The notes below the pieces were generated by a model. That model was not told where the DNA came from. It ran no database searches and saw only the letters and a list, made by a program, of their open reading frames with translations. The translations under genes were made by a program, and so were the position numbers. Below are positions 28,621 through 44,558 of a DNA stretch of 64,000 nucleotides, piece after piece. Numbering within the stretch: position 1 is the first letter of the stretch; every line of letters starts with the position of its first letter. This DNA comes from Eledone cirrhosa (Eukaryota), in NCBI GenBank assembly GCA_964016885.1, contig OZ024746.1, forward strand, positions 80,290,001-80,354,000, read 5' to 3'.

Positions 28621-28865
28621 CAGACATGTCAAACTGAGGGTCCCCCGATGGCCTCATGGATGGGTCATATATGTGTTGTCTGAGGGCCACACACGAAACT
28701 AATTGCGCACATTACAACTAATTTTTTTTTTTTATATATTACGAAGATAAAACATGTTCGAGCTGTAAAAAACTTTGTGCGGGCCGCAGGTGGGCTAGTA
28801 AAGGGCCGCAGGTGTGCTAGTAAAGGGCCGCATGCAGCCCGTGGGCCGTGTGTTTGACATGCCTG
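28621..28865. mobile_element. hAT/Charlie-type MITE
   Basis: TIRs CAGACATGTCAAAC / GTTTGACATGCCTG; 8-bp TSD GTGTAGAA / GTGTAGAG with central TA; subterminal GGGCCGCA repeats. Confidence 0.85.
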
Positions 28866-28989
28866 GTGTAGAGTCTGTCACTCCCCCTCCATTCCCTTTT
28901 ATTATTTAATTTTTTCCACCTTTTTTATTGCAACATTATATAATAATACAATTGAAATCTGCTGAGTAAATTTTACTATTAGCCTTGGT

Positions 28990-29330
28990 ATTGTAGTAGT
29001 ACTGATACTGATGTTGGTAGTGAAGGTGATGATGATGGTGGTAGTAATGGTGATGATGATGGTGATGGTTGCTGTAGTTATGGTAGTTATTATGGTAATT
29101 GTGATGGTGGTGGTGATGGTAATGGTGATAGTGATGGGAATGGTGGCGGTAATGGTGATGATGATGATGGTGATGGTGATGGTAGCTGTAGTGATGGTAG
29201 TTATTATGGTAATTGTGATGGTGGTGGTGATGGTGGTGGTAATGGTAATGGTGATGGTGATGGTGATGGTAGTTATTATGGTAATTGTGATGATGATGGT
29301 GGTAATAGTGTTAGATATGGTGATAATATG

Positions 29331-29414
<84 letters not shown>

Positions 29415-29593
29415 ATAGTAGCAGTAGTAGTGGTACTGATGCCGATGGTGGTAGTGATAGTAATGGTGATGGTGATGGTGATGGTAATTATGATGGTGTT
29501 GGTGATGGCGATGGTGATGGTAACTGTGATGGTGATGGTGATGATGAGGGTAATTGTGATGGTAATGGATGATGGTGATAATGGTGATGGTGA

Positions 29594-29673
<80 letters not shown>

Positions 29674-31545
29674 ATACTGATGATGGTAGTGATATAGTGA
29701 TAGTGATGGTGATGGTGATGGTAATTGTGGTGTTATGGTGGTGGTGGTAGTGGTAGTGGTGGTGATAGTGATAGTGGTAGTGGTGGTGGTAATGGTAGTG
29801 ATGGTGATAGTGGTAGTGGTGGTGATAGTGGTAGTGGTGGTGGTAATGGTAGTGGTGGTGGTAGTGGTGATGGTGGTGATAGTGGTAGTGGTGGTGGTAA
29901 TGGTGGTAGTGGTGGTGATAGTGGTAGTGGTAATGGTAGTGGTGGTGGTAATGGTAGTGGTGGTGATAGTGGTAGTGGTGGTGATAGTGGTAGTGGTGGT
30001 GATAGTGGTAGTGGTGGCGATAGTGGTAGTGGTGGTGATAGTGGTAGTGGTGGTGATAGTGGTAGTGGTGGTGATAGTGGTAGTGGTGGTGATAGTGGTA
30101 GTGGTGGTGATAGTGGTAGTGGTGGTGATAGTGGTAGTGGTAATGGTAGTGGTGGTGATAGTGGTAGTGGTGGTGATAGTGGTAGTGGTGGTGATAGTGG
30201 TAGTGATGGGGATAGTGGTGGTGGTGGTGATAGTGGTAGTGGTGGTGATAGTGGTAGTGGTGGTGGTAATGGTAGTGGTGGTGATAGTGGTAGTGGTGGT
30301 GATAGTGGTAGTGGTGGTGGTAATGGTAGTGGTGGTGATAGTGGTAGTGGTGGTGATAGTGGTAGTGGTAATGGTAGTGGTGGTGATAGTGGTAGTGGTG
30401 GCGATAGTGGTAGTGGTGGTGGTAATGGTAGTGGTGGTGATAGTGGTAGTGGTGGTGATAGTGGTAGTGGTGGTGATAGTGGTGGTGGTGGTGATAGTGG
30501 TGGTGGTGGTGATAGTGGTGATGGTGGTGATCGTGGTGATAGTGGTAGTGGTAGTGGTGGTGATGGTGATAGTGGTAGTGGTGGTGATAGTGGTAGTGGT
30601 GGTGATAGTGGTAGTGGTGGTGATAGTGGTAGTGGTGGTGATAGTGGTGATGGTGGTGATGGTGGTAGTGGTGGTGATAGTGGTGGTGGTGGTGGTGGTG
30701 GTGGTGGTGATAGTGGTAATGGTGGTGATGGTAATGGTAGCGCTGGTAATAGCAGTAGTGGTGTTGATAGTGGTAGTGGTGGTGATAGTGGTAGTGGTGG
30801 TGGTAATGGTAGTGCTGGTAATAGCAGTAGTGGTGTTGATAGTGGTAGTGGTGGTGATAGTGGTAGTGGTGGTGATAGTGGTAGTGGTGGTGGTAATGGT
30901 AGTGATGGTGATAGTGGTAGTGGTGGTGATAGTGGTGGTGCTGGTAATAGCAGTAGTGGTGTTGATAGTGGTAGTGGTGGTGATAGTGGTAGTGGTGGTG
31001 ATAGTGGTAGTGGTGGTGATAGTGGTAGTGGTGGTGATAGTGGTAGTGGTGGTGATAGTGGTGATAGTGGTGATAGTGGTGATGGTGGTGATAGTGGTAG
31101 TGGTGGTGATAGTGGTAGTGGTGGTGGTAATGGTAGTGATGGTGATAGTGGTAGTGGTGGTGATAGTGGTGGTGCTGGTAATAGCAGTAGTGGTGTTGAT
31201 AGTGGTAGTGGTGGTGATAGTGGTAGTGGTGGTGATAGTGGTAGTGGTGGTGATAGTGGTAGTGGTGGTGATAGTGGTAGTGGTGGTGATAGTGGTGATA
31301 GTGGTGATAGTGGTGATGGTGGTGATAGTGGTAGTGGTGGTGATAGTGGTAGTGGTGGTGATAGCACTGATTGAAGGCAAAAAAAGTAGTTGTAGAGATG
31401 GTAATATGGTGTGGTGGTCGTCGTGGAAATGGCATGGTGGTGGTGATAACATTAGTGGTGGTGGTAATGGTAGTGGTGGTAATAGCATTAGTGGTGGTAA
31501 TAGCATTAGTGGTGGTGATAGTGGTAACGGTGGTGATAATGTTTG
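28990..31545. repeat. Large GGT/AGT/GAT trinucleotide-derived satellite with an 18-bp higher-order unit
   Basis: GGTGGTGATAGTGGTAGT repeated over 29740-31363, flanked by (GAT/GGT) and (GTA)n tracts. Confidence 0.95.
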
Positions 31546-32368
31546 TTGAAGGACAAAGAACTCCAAGCTATGTTTTTCGGGGTAAAAATAATCAAGTTTG
31601 TTTTCTCAGCAATTTACAAGCGTTCGATAGTGCAGATTAATTAGTAACTGCACAGACATACCAAAACATACACACGCACACTGAAACATGCCCACACACA
31701 TCCACATATATCCACACGTACACATACTCAGGTATATCCATAAATATCCACACGTACTCACACATACTCACATACCCACACATATCCACATAAATCCACA
31801 CACACGTACACTTATCCACACATACATACTCATACATAACCACTCATATCCACACATACACATACTCATACATAATCACACATATCAACATATATACATA
31901 CTCACACACACACACTCACACCTATCTAAACACACACACGCACACACATATTTACGCATATCTAAACATACACACACTGACACATACTCACACTCACTGA
32001 CAGTCACACATATCCGCATATACACATACTCACACATATCCACACATGCTCACACATATCCACACATCCGCACATATCCACACAATCACGTATTCACACA
32101 TATCCACACATAATCACACATACCCACACACATTAACACGTATCCAAACATATCTACATATACAGACATACACAAATATCCGCACATATCCACACATATG
32201 CACACATACACACTCACACATGCTTATACAAACACATACACATATATACAAACATACATAGAGGAACTACCGCATACATTCACACACATACAGAAGCTAC
32301 ATTTTATCAAATATCACACATATACGAAAGAAAATAACTAAGTACAAACATACACATACATACATACA

Positions 32369-32826
32369 TGGTGGCTGCCAACTCGTTTTCGAGTACGGCC
32401 ACTACTTTATATCCATGTAGGAGAACCCCTACCGATGCGCTGAAAAAGTGTGTCTTTTTAGTCCAGCCAGAGACTTGAAAACTCTGGTACAAACACTACA
32501 CTTGTGACAATTATTGACACATAGTGCTGGGCCCATGGTACCATGTGACGACAAGTGCAGAGAGATCTCCAGATATAAAGCAATGACTGTGCCGTGAAGC
32601 TTTTATAGTGAAGAAAGGCACTGCACAAAGCCAGTCCCACTCTCTTAACCAAGATGATATTTACCAAAAAGAAGAACAAGTCAACATCATTGGATACCAT
32701 CAGGGTTGCAGGTGTTATATCAGAGTTTTCTTTCTCCTAGAATTCTGCCTTGACAAAGGCTAAGGGGTCATCTCTCCCGGTGATTTTGGATGGCTATTGA
32801 CTCTTAAGAGCTCCTTTGCCCTTTGA
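32369..32826. mobile_element. Bipartite repeat, copy 2 (module B truncated)
   Basis: Collinear with 57888-58343 and flanked by CATA repeats. Confidence 0.85.
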
Positions 32827-32959
32827 TACATTCATACATACGTACGTACATACATACATATACACACAACACATACACATACATACATACACATATACTT
32901 ATTCGCAAATTATTGTGCACGTTCACACAAATGCAACGAATGATTAAAAAAAAATCCTG

Positions 32960-33792
32960 TGTTGTTACAGAATCGGTAGAGCGTCGGACAACATGTTTTG
33001 CGGTATAGAGTTACGGCCCTTTACGTTCTGTGTTCAAATCCCGCCAAAGTTAGCTTTGCCTTTGATCCTTACGGGGTCGATAAATAAAGTGCCAGTAATG
33101 CACTGGCGTTGATTTAATCGACTTTCCTTTCCCCTTCAAATTGCTGCCCTTGTGTTATTTAACTTTTACCCCCACATTTTTTTCTCTTTTCATTACTCTA
33201 TTATTTATATTTTTTAATGCCTTCATTATTGTATATTTCTGTGGATTGGGCGGTGGATTGGCAATAACGGTAAAGGGTCGGACGCCATGCTTTCCGGCAT
33301 AGAGTTTCATCCCTTTACGCTCTGAGTTAAAATTCCGCTGAGGTTAACTTTGCCTTTTATCCTTACGGGGTCGATAAAATAAAATACCAGTAATGCACTG
33401 AGATAATTGCTGGCCTTGTGCCAAAAGTAGGAACAATTATTGTATATTTCTGTTTACTAATAAATGTTACTCTTTTCTAGAATAGACTCAACGCTAAATA
33501 TTTCGTGAAAGTGTTCAGTCAAAAATGAGTTCAAATCCTGCAGAATTCAACTTCCACCATGTCAGGGACGATAAATATGGTTTCTTATATAGGCACAAGG
33601 CCAGCAATTTTGGGGGAGGCGGAAAATCGATTAAATCTACCTAGTGCGGGACTGGTACTTTATTTTATCGACCCCGTAAGGATGAAAGCGAAAGTTAACC
33701 TCGGCAGGATTTGAACTCAGATCATAAAGGGCCATAACTCTATGCTGCAAAGCATGGCGTCCGACCCTCTACCGATACTGCCAATCCACCCA
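32960..33792. mobile_element. SINE cluster: 32960-33155 (+), 33247-33436 (+, with TSD) and 33578-33792 (-)
   Basis: Consensus matches; ATTATTGTATATTTCTGT is duplicated on both sides of the middle copy. Confidence 0.88.
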
Positions 33793-34105
33793 GTTTTCTG
33801 ACATTGCAAGTGAGAGATGTCAAACGAATGATAATACAAATAGGTCTGATTGACCGGATGCGGTGCGTGTGATCTTCACAATCATGCTGGGCTGGTATTT
33901 AGAATTGACCCTACCTAGTCACTGGTTTAACCATGCATATCGAAGTCCTCCAGAAACCTTTCATCCTTGACAACCTTTAATCTGGGGTGGCGACCATATT
34001 TTTAAGGCTGATAATTGCTCTTGTCGCCACCATCATCACTATTACCATTACTACAACCACTTTTTCCGCCTCTTCTCCCTCCTCCTTTTTCGTCTTCCTA
34101 CTTCA

Positions 34106-34172
<67 letters not shown>

Positions 34173-34431
34173 GTCGTTGTCGTCGTCTTCATCATCATAT
34201 TGTTTACACTCGTGGTGGTGTTGGTGGTGGTGGTGGTGGTGGTGGTGGTGATAGTGGTGGTGGTGTTAGTGGAGGTGGTGATGGTGTTTCGTGCTGGTGG
34301 TAGTGGTGGTGGTGGTGGTGTTGTTGGTGTTGTTTGTACTGGCGGTGGTGGTGGTGGTGGTGGTAGTGGTGGACTCATATCATCCTTCGACTCCTCTGTA
34401 GGCAGTCGAAACTCTCTTGACAGCCCCTGAT

Positions 34432-34560
34432 AGAGACGGCCAGGCAGTTGGTGGTTAAGGTGTTCGACTAGCGATCGCAAGGTTTTGAGTTCAATTCCCG
34501 GCAGTGCATTGTATCCTTGAGCAAGATTTCATTTCATGTTGTTACAATCTAATCAACAGA
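34432..34560 (+). mobile_element. Second tRNA-derived SINE family (CORE-like)
   Basis: TGGTGGTTAAGG...GAGTTCAATTCC...CCTTGAGCAAGA.TT.CATTTCA.GTTG; related remnants at 43320-43500 and 57205-57335 (-). Confidence 0.6.
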
Positions 34561-34724
34561 AAAAGAGGATTGCGTCTGTGATTCCACAGTTGATGGCCTT
34601 GGTGGTGGTGGTGTTTCGTGGTGGTGTTGGTGGTGTTGGTGGTGGTGGTGGTGTTGTTGGTGTTGTTTGTACTGGTGGTGGTGGTGGTGGTGGTGGTGGT
34701 GGTGGTGGTGGTGGTGGTAGTGGT

Positions 34725-35070
34725 GGACTCATATCATCCTTCCACTCCTCTGTAGGCAGTCGAAACTCTCTTGACAGCCACTTTCCACACTGTTCGGTCC
34801 TGTATTGCTGTCCACAGATCCTGTATGTCCAATCCCGAGTCCCGAGCTATGGTGTCTGGGAAAGTCCGTTTTCGTGAATAGACACATCCACAGGAATGCC
34901 ACAAAACGAGAGATGAAATGATTTCTTTGTCAATTCGATGACAGTGACCAGCAAACTGAAGTCTTTTTTGCTTGAATCTGAAGGATATTGGAATCAAATC
35001 TCCGTAGATGGTTTCTAGTTTTGCGTGTGATCTCCAGTTTATGTTTTCGATTCTTCTGAGAAGATTTATA
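34725..35070 (-). pseudogene. RTE-clade LINE 3' end
   Basis: LRRIENINW...RLQFAGHCHR...LVLW...TFPDTIARDSG...AIQDRTVWK; the terminal ~55 bp is duplicated at 34371-34425. Confidence 0.8.
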
Positions 35071-35264
35071 TATGACTTATATAGACATTTGCCCAAGATG
35101 CTTTGCTGTAGAATCGAACCCGGGTCCTCGTGGCTGCAAAACGAACTTGTTAAGCAGTCAGCTATGCCTGTGTCCCTTGCTATATAAAGTGAACGTTGTG
35201 AAAGGAAGCATGTGTTGATTAGTGGAGACGGGAGAGGTTGTTGTTGCTATATTACATTACATTA

Positions 35265-35378
35265 CATTCAAATCCCGCCGAGGTTAACTTTGCCTTTCAT
35301 CCTTACGGGGTCGATAAAATAAAGTACCAGTAATACACTGGTTAATTGCTGGCCTTGTGCCTAAAGTAGAAACAATTA
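35265..35378 (+). mobile_element. 5'-truncated SINE
   Basis: Runs from the B box to the 3' end; flanked by ATTACATTA repeats. Confidence 0.85.
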
Positions 35379-35459
35379 CATTATATACCTTTTAGCAACA
35401 GAGTTCTGTAAGTGATATATTGGAATAACAATTAATCACTGATAAATTACACACACTCA

Positions 35460-35496
<37 letters not shown>

Positions 35497-35499
35497 ACA

Positions 35500-35533
<34 letters not shown>

Positions 35534-36249
35534 CTCACACACTCTTTCTCTCTCTATCACTCTCTCTCTCTCTCACCCTCTCTCTCTCACTCTCACGCAC
35601 TCTCTCTCTCTCTCTCTCTCTCATTACACACACACTTACGCACATACACATTCTTTCTCTCTCCCAGCCTCGCTCTCATTACACACACACACTTTATCAC
35701 TCACTCTTTATATCTCACTCACTCTATTTCATTGCACACACACACTCTCTCTCTCTCTCTATCATTTACTCTCATTCTCACTCACTCTTATTACTCCTTC
35801 TTACCCTCTCTCAATACTCTTTCTTACCTTCTATCATTACTCTTTCTCTCTCTCTCTAATTACTTTCTCTTATTATTCTTTTTAATTACTCTCCCTACTC
35901 TCCCTCCTTACTTACCCTCTCCCTCTCTCACTTTCTTTTTCTCGTGGTTTCCATGATCTGATCTGATCATCAGTTCCTTTCTTTTTCCTTCAGTCACCTC
36001 CCTTAAAGTCATATATATATATACCCAGAGAGAGGGAGAGAGAGAGGGGGAGGGGATGAGAGAGAGAGTAGGACCAATAACGCTGTTAGAACTCCATGTT
36101 GCACGGATATGAATATTCCACGAAATGTGGTGGAAAAAGTTTTAGCTTTTGTGGAAGAATGGCAGCATAAATTCTGTTGACAATTCCAATGAATTACAGT
36201 CATATACACACACACATATATATATATATATATACATATACATATGTGT

Positions 36250-36290
<41 letters not shown>

Positions 36291-36635
36291 TGTTAAACAA
36301 TGAAAATAAAGGAGGTGAAATGTACTGCTTAAGTAGTTAGCTAGATAGCTGTCTCTCCTCTCTCTCTTTATCCCCTCTCTCTTTCTCCTGCCTCTCTCTC
36401 TTTCTCTTTCTTTCTCGCCTTCACTTTCACTTTCGCTCTCTCTATATCGTTCTATCCATTCGTTGTTGTTGTTTTCCATCCCGTTATCCCAATAATCTAT
36501 TCTTAATAACCAGCCATTTACTATCTATCTATTTGTCAATCTATTTAATATTTAGATTTATGAGTGTGTGTTTTCAATGTATATATTTTCTCATAATACA
36601 TCATTGAAGATAATATATATATATAAACAAGACAT

Positions 36636-36680
<45 letters not shown>

Positions 36681-36705
36681 ACCAAGACATGTTTTTATAT
36701 ATATA

Positions 36706-36850
36706 TCAGGGGCGAAGGGTCCGTGCATGCAACGCATGCAGTGCATGCGTTATAGAATCTTGAGTTGATCAATTGCGTCGGTTGAAGCAAGGAGAATTTT
36801 GGCTGCTTACTAAATCGTAGATACATAAAAAGATAACACCCACCCACACA

Positions 36851-36947
<97 letters not shown>

Positions 36948-37019
36948 ACAAACACACGACAGCGTCGGTTGAAGCAAGCAGAATTTTGGCTGCTTGCTAA
37001 ATCGTAGAAACATAAAAAG

Positions 37020-37053
<34 letters not shown>

Positions 37054-37189
37054 ATAACACTACATGTGGCTTCGACCGGGAGGGTCATTTAGAGGGAATT
37101 GAGGGGGGGTATGGCGGCACAGCCCCACTTTCCGCCAACCATGGCGATTGGACCGCATGCCCTGCTTTCCAGGTTACACTTCGCCACTG
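36706..37189. mobile_element. MITE with CAGKGGCGAAG TIRs in TA context
   Basis: CAGGGGCGAAG...CTTCGCCACTG, with an internal ~70-bp direct duplication at 36775-36840 and 36962-37027. Confidence 0.65.
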
Positions 37190-37289
37190 ATATATATATA
37201 TAAACAAGACATGTTTTATTTACAACAATATATTTATATAAGACATATGTCTTGTTTTCTAGCCTACCCTTCTCTGCATCCCCTTTTCC

Positions 37290-37329
<40 letters not shown>

Positions 37330-37569
37330 ACACACACACACACGCATACAAACAAATCATATATACAGATACATACACATAAAACAGATAATATAAATTG
37401 TATTCCTCCTTTTTCTACTTCCCGTATTTTTCAAATCTCTCTCTCTCTCTCTCAATTCCCCCTCTCTTCCTCTTTCCCTCACACCCTCTCTTTCGCTTTA
37501 TCCCTTCTCTATCTCTCTCTTTTTCCGCCACAGCATCTCTCCATCTCTCTCTCTTTCTTTCCCATCCCC

Positions 37570-37678
<109 letters not shown>

Positions 37679-37952
37679 TCCCCAATCCCCCTCTCTCTTT
37701 TCTACTACTCCCTTCTCCCCCTCTCTTCTTCTGTTTATGTTTCTCTATCATTCAATGTCCGCCTATTCTGCCGGAATTGTTCCAACAATATACGACGCAA
37801 AATGTAATAAGTATGGAACGGGCGAGTTTCCAAAAAAAAAAAATAACTACATATATACATATATAAAAATAGAAATAAAAATAAAAATATAGAGAAAAAA
37901 AAACAAAATACAACAAAAACAAACACACACACACACACACACATATACATAC

Positions 37953-38052
<100 letters not shown>

Positions 38053-38100
38053 GTTGATATACATGCATATATATATATACATATGTATATAAATGAATAA

Positions 38101-38296
<196 letters not shown>

Positions 38297-38568
38297 GTGT
38301 GTATACATATATCTATGTATGTATATATATATATATACATGCATGTATATCAACAAAACAACAATTTCTAAAATAAGGGAGAAAAATAAAAGCTAACTTG
38401 TATAGAAATTTAAACAATTATTTGTTTAAAACAAGATGTCCGCTGGCATGTTTTGGAAAAATCAACATCAGAACAATTATAATTTTGTTTCTCTTTACAA
38501 ATGATGAAATGATATTTCTTCAGGTAATTATAATAACCATTATAGCTAATATTTATTGGTTAAATGTA

Positions 38569-38685
<117 letters not shown>

Positions 38686-39096
38686 TGTTTGTGTTGGAAG
38701 GGAACAACCAGGCGTTTTGTGTTTGTTGGGATGTGCATGTTGGAGTGTTTGTGTGTGTGTGTACGTGTGTATGTGTGTATGTGTGTGTGTGTGTGTGTGT
38801 GCGTGTATTAATATGTGTTTAGATGCATATACACATACGGAAGACACATTTACATTTTACCCAAGTGTACACAAAAATTATATATGTATGTATACGTGTA
38901 TGTATTCTATGTATGACATGTACATATATATATATATATACACACACACAATATAAATATACCCACCATATAAGTATATATATATACATATATATATATA
39001 TGTGTGTGTGTGTGTGGCTGTATTTATATTATATATATTGAGTGGTCAATCTATTAGTGTTTGACTGCCCTTGCGTGATTATACATAAAATATCCA

Positions 39097-39161
<65 letters not shown>

Positions 39162-39274
39162 CGGCTAGCGAATTTAAAAATTAGGTAGTAACATGTACTT
39201 ATGCCGTATTTGACTACATAGAATTAGTCTGTTAGTTGGGATTTTAAAAAACCCTCTGAATGGAAAAATAGAAC

Positions 39275-39616
39275 AAGATATTTTCCCACAAAAGGTTAAT
39301 TGCACTTTTTTGTTTCCACTTATGTATTTTTCGAAAATATTATTTATTCATTATAAAAATTAAATGATAGCATTCTATATGTAGGTGGGCCCCCTTTATA
39401 CCCTGGCAACCAATATTTTTAGACCCAGTTCGCCACTGAATATATATATAATATAAATACAGACTGGGTCTAAAAATATTGGTTGCCAGGAGATAAAGGG
39501 GGCCCACCTACATATAGAATGCTATCATTTAATTTTTATAATGAATAAATAATATTTTCGAAAAATACATAAGTGGAAACAAAAAAGTGCAATCAACCTT
39601 TTGCGGGAAAATATCT
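39275..39616. repeat. ~155-bp inverted repeat formed by two DNA-transposon ends
   Basis: 39275-39429 is the reverse complement of 39462-39616; the same sequence occurs at 2680-2872. Confidence 0.85.
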
Positions 39617-40124
39617 TAACTTCTCCAATAAAAAATATTATGTATTTTGCGAAATCCAGAGATTTCAATAATGATCAGAAGTCGACCCTAAATATTATTA
39701 ATAGCTCTAGGAAAGCCATAAACGACACCACATCTTTTTAACTTTGATTTTGAAAGTAGGTTTATAATTATCAATTTTCACTATGCATTCGTAGTTGTAT
39801 CGGTGGCCTATTTGCAGGAATCTTAGACGGTGGTGATGCTGGTCTGAAGTTCGATCCTGGTCGGGGGTAGGTTCCCGGTAAACATTTTGAGTTTTTTCTA
39901 TTGGTTGTAAAATAAAAACCGAAAAAGGCTACATGCACCTCTTGACCAGGATTGAACCCAAAGCCAGAACCTCCACCGTCTCTAGTATCTACCACTAGTC
40001 CACAGAGACAACTACGAAAGCCTGATGAAAATTCATACTTATAAACCTACTTCTCCAATAAAAAAGGTATTTTGCGAAATCCAGAGACTTTCAATAATGA
40101 CTCTTGGTCTTTCACACTCACTCA

Positions 40125-40239
<115 letters not shown>

Positions 40240-40550
40240 CATATACACCACCTTCAACACTAATTGATTTGACAGATGTCTTTAACCCATTGATACCAAA
40301 TATTATTTGGTCAGTAGCTCGTGTGTATGTATATATATATATATATATATTTAGATTTAGGTTTGAAGGTTGACCACTGGATAGAGCTGGTCATTCCGTA
40401 TGGTCAATCTTGATGTAATAATATGGAGAGTACTCAACGTAAAGCAGCTCAACCGTCTTCGTTTGTGTAGTTGGTGGTGCGAGTACGGAGTTAAATATTA
40501 TAATAAAATAACAGGAGGCTGGACTTGTGTAAATCCTTGAAAGGTTTATT

Positions 40551-40608
40551 ATACTATGATCATTTCAATGACCGGGTTCCGTATGAATCCGGTGATATCA
40601 TCAGGTAT
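40551..40608 (-). ncRNA. Minimal type I hammerhead ribozyme within (TA)n-flanked insert 40350-40717
   Basis: Minus strand reads atac-CTGATGA-TATCACCGGATTC...GAACCCGGTCATT-GAAA-TGATCA-TA-gtat-AATAAA; tail carries TTGAGTACTC and ends ...ATCTAAA(TA)n like the 5493 element. Confidence 0.85.
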
Positions 40609-40715
40609 TCGAAATATAATAAATGAATGAAACAGATAAAATCCATGCGGCTGAAAATCATAGACCCGAGGACGACCGACCATCTAGCATCTTCCACTTT
40701 AGCCGGTCGCCCTCA

Positions 40716-40799
<84 letters not shown>

Positions 40800-42318
40800 T
40801 TGTGTGCCTGTGTCTATATATGTATTTTTACATGCACGAATAAATACATTAAGCTTTAGATTTAGTAGAATGTACAACCACTGGTTCTAGTTATTTGCAC
40901 TATCGTATATTTTGGTTTCTAATAATTCCCTGGGAATTGGTTGGCTAAATGCTTTGCTTAATTGTTTTATATATATATTTTTTTTTATTTTATTCTTTCT
41001 TTTAGATTTCAGGTATTTTTTGAAAGCAAAACATTGGCCCCTAAAATACTACAGTGGGCCATTCAATGCTACTGTGGGCTCTTGCAATAGTACCGTGGAC
41101 CATTGGTGCCCACTTGCCATTGAGCAACCTGGCGAATCCGCCACTGTATATATTCATATATTAGTGGATATTTTATGCATAATCACGTAAGCGCAGTCAA
41201 ACATTAACAGAATGAGCACTCAATACCAAAAAGGTAGAGTATAAATTAACAACGAATAACACATAGCAATCTACCTGACTTTCTAACAACTCTGCCAATT
41301 CGCTGCCTTTACCATTCTTTCGCAAATAAATTATTTAAAACGATGTTTTAAACTAGATATCGTTTTAAATATTAGGCGGGACAAACGTTGCCAATATAGT
41401 CGCCTAAGCAGCCGCCTAGAGCGAAAAACACAGAACAGTCCATTACTGAATCTTAAATGATTACAGTTTTATACAAATTTGTATAATCAAATCAAATACA
41501 TAATATTTTCCTGCAATCAATAAATAAATGTTTGCCGTATAACTGCAGTATCAAAATATCCAAAACGGTAGAGAGGGTCATATGTTGTCAAGACCTGTAA
41601 CATGATTTGGTGTGGGTGAGTGTGGACTGTGTAGCTGATAATACAAGTTTTGTCATTTTCTAAGTGTGATCAGAACAGGAAGTGTCAAAAACTAGGTATG
41701 TCAACTTGCTAAACTGTGTATTAAAATAAATTTATTTGAGAAAATAGGGTGCATATCAGGGAGAAGGGCGCACACATTGTAGATCTAACCTAAGGTGCTA
41801 AGTATCCAGGCGTCGGCACTAATGCTAAAGTATGTAATCTGATCTTGTAGACCCAATGGCGTAGGTTGTCGCCATTGCGGTTATACAGTGTCATAAACCT
41901 GTCGTCTGCGCTCAACGATATTTTTATTCTGGACCAGCAGACGAAGAAATAAAAAAGATAACACACGTTTTTTCGTTTGATCGTAATGGCTATGATAAAA
42001 TCTTTACAAACCCACTCTTTTTTCTGGTCTATCTCCTCGACTATCTAACTATATTTCTATTTCGTTTTTTTTGTTGTTGTTTTTTTTTTTTCCTACACCT
42101 CTCCGCCATATTACTTTCTGTTTCGATATATTTTTTCATACTTTGTCTATAATCCTCTACTCTCTCTCTCTCTCTCTCCCTCTCGCTCTCTCTATCTCTA
42201 TCTCTCTCTATCTCTCCCCTCCCTCTCTCTCTCTCTTTTTCCCTTTCTATCTTTCTTTCTTTTCCTCTTACTCTCCCTATCCTTCTCCCTTTCCCCCTTT
42301 CTTTCCGTCTCTCTCTCG

Positions 42319-42392
<74 letters not shown>

Positions 42393-42863
42393 TTTACTCT
42401 CTCCTTCATCACTCACACACACCCATGCACACAGACAAACTGTCTACCACCACTTCACCTCCCTCTCTCTTTCTCTCTCTGACACCTCTCTCGGTCTCCC
42501 TCTGCCACCTCTCTCTATCTCACCCTCTCTCTCTTTTTTCCACACCCTTAGAACTAACTCCTTCAATCTGATAGTTTAGTTTCTAAACACCAGCTATAAT
42601 AACCAGTTTCTATTTGAAATGATCTGTACTAGTGGTGAATTACGCCGTTCTTGGCCCACGGACAACATCCCTACTCATTACTATTGGGAGGAAGCTGGTT
42701 AACAGTAAGGGCGAGAAGAATCGAGTCGTATCTGAGGATCCTGCGATTTCAGAGTCAGGTTCGATCATTGAATCGATCGTGCCTCGAGCTGGTCGCCAGA
42801 GAAACGATTGTAATATGTCTAATAAATTTTAATTCGTCGCACCACTGATTCTCCGTTTCTTAT

Positions 42864-42949
<86 letters not shown>

Positions 42950-42960
42950 GTGTGTGTGTG

Positions 42961-43158
42961 TATAGGAAAAGAGTCAGGACCCCAACGGCTGAGCTCCGGT
43001 CTTTTCAACAACTAGATTCGACAGCTAGTGCGGATCTACCTGTTGAAAGGGTCGCAGCTCAGGCTGACTCTTTTCCTATTACCCACTCTACTACCCTAAG
43101 TATTGAGTACCTTTGTGCGTTATGGTCCACCTGGTATCTTACCACACCGTCTTTGTTA
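42961..43158 (+). mobile_element. Fold-back element family A, diverged copy
   Basis: TAGGAAAAGAGTCAG...CTGACTCTTTTCCTA, then tail TTACCCACTCTACTACCCTAAGTATTGAGTACC... Confidence 0.8.
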
Positions 43159-43164
43159 TATATG

Positions 43165-43241
<77 letters not shown>

Positions 43242-43612
43242 AGAGAGAGAGAGTATGGGGCTAACAGAACAGGGATGTACGGATCTTATTATACGGATCA
43301 TATTATCTTATTCCTGGGTTGCGTGTAATGTTCTTGAGCAAAACACTTCATTTCACGTTGCTCCAGTATACTCAGCTGAATGAGTACCAGCAATAGCTGG
43401 GGGTTGGGGGGGGGGTCTAGTACACTCAGTCGCTTCACGCCATTAAACTGGGGTAAGCACCGACCAAATGAGCCTTCTGATTAAGACAGACTTTAGACTT
43501 TTATATATATATATATATCATTGATATTATACTCCAGGAAATTTGTAGAGTGCTTCGAATCTGTTATAATAAATAAATTTGTTGAATTACCAGCAAATTA
43601 AATATCTCTTTG

Positions 43613-44558
<946 letters not shown>

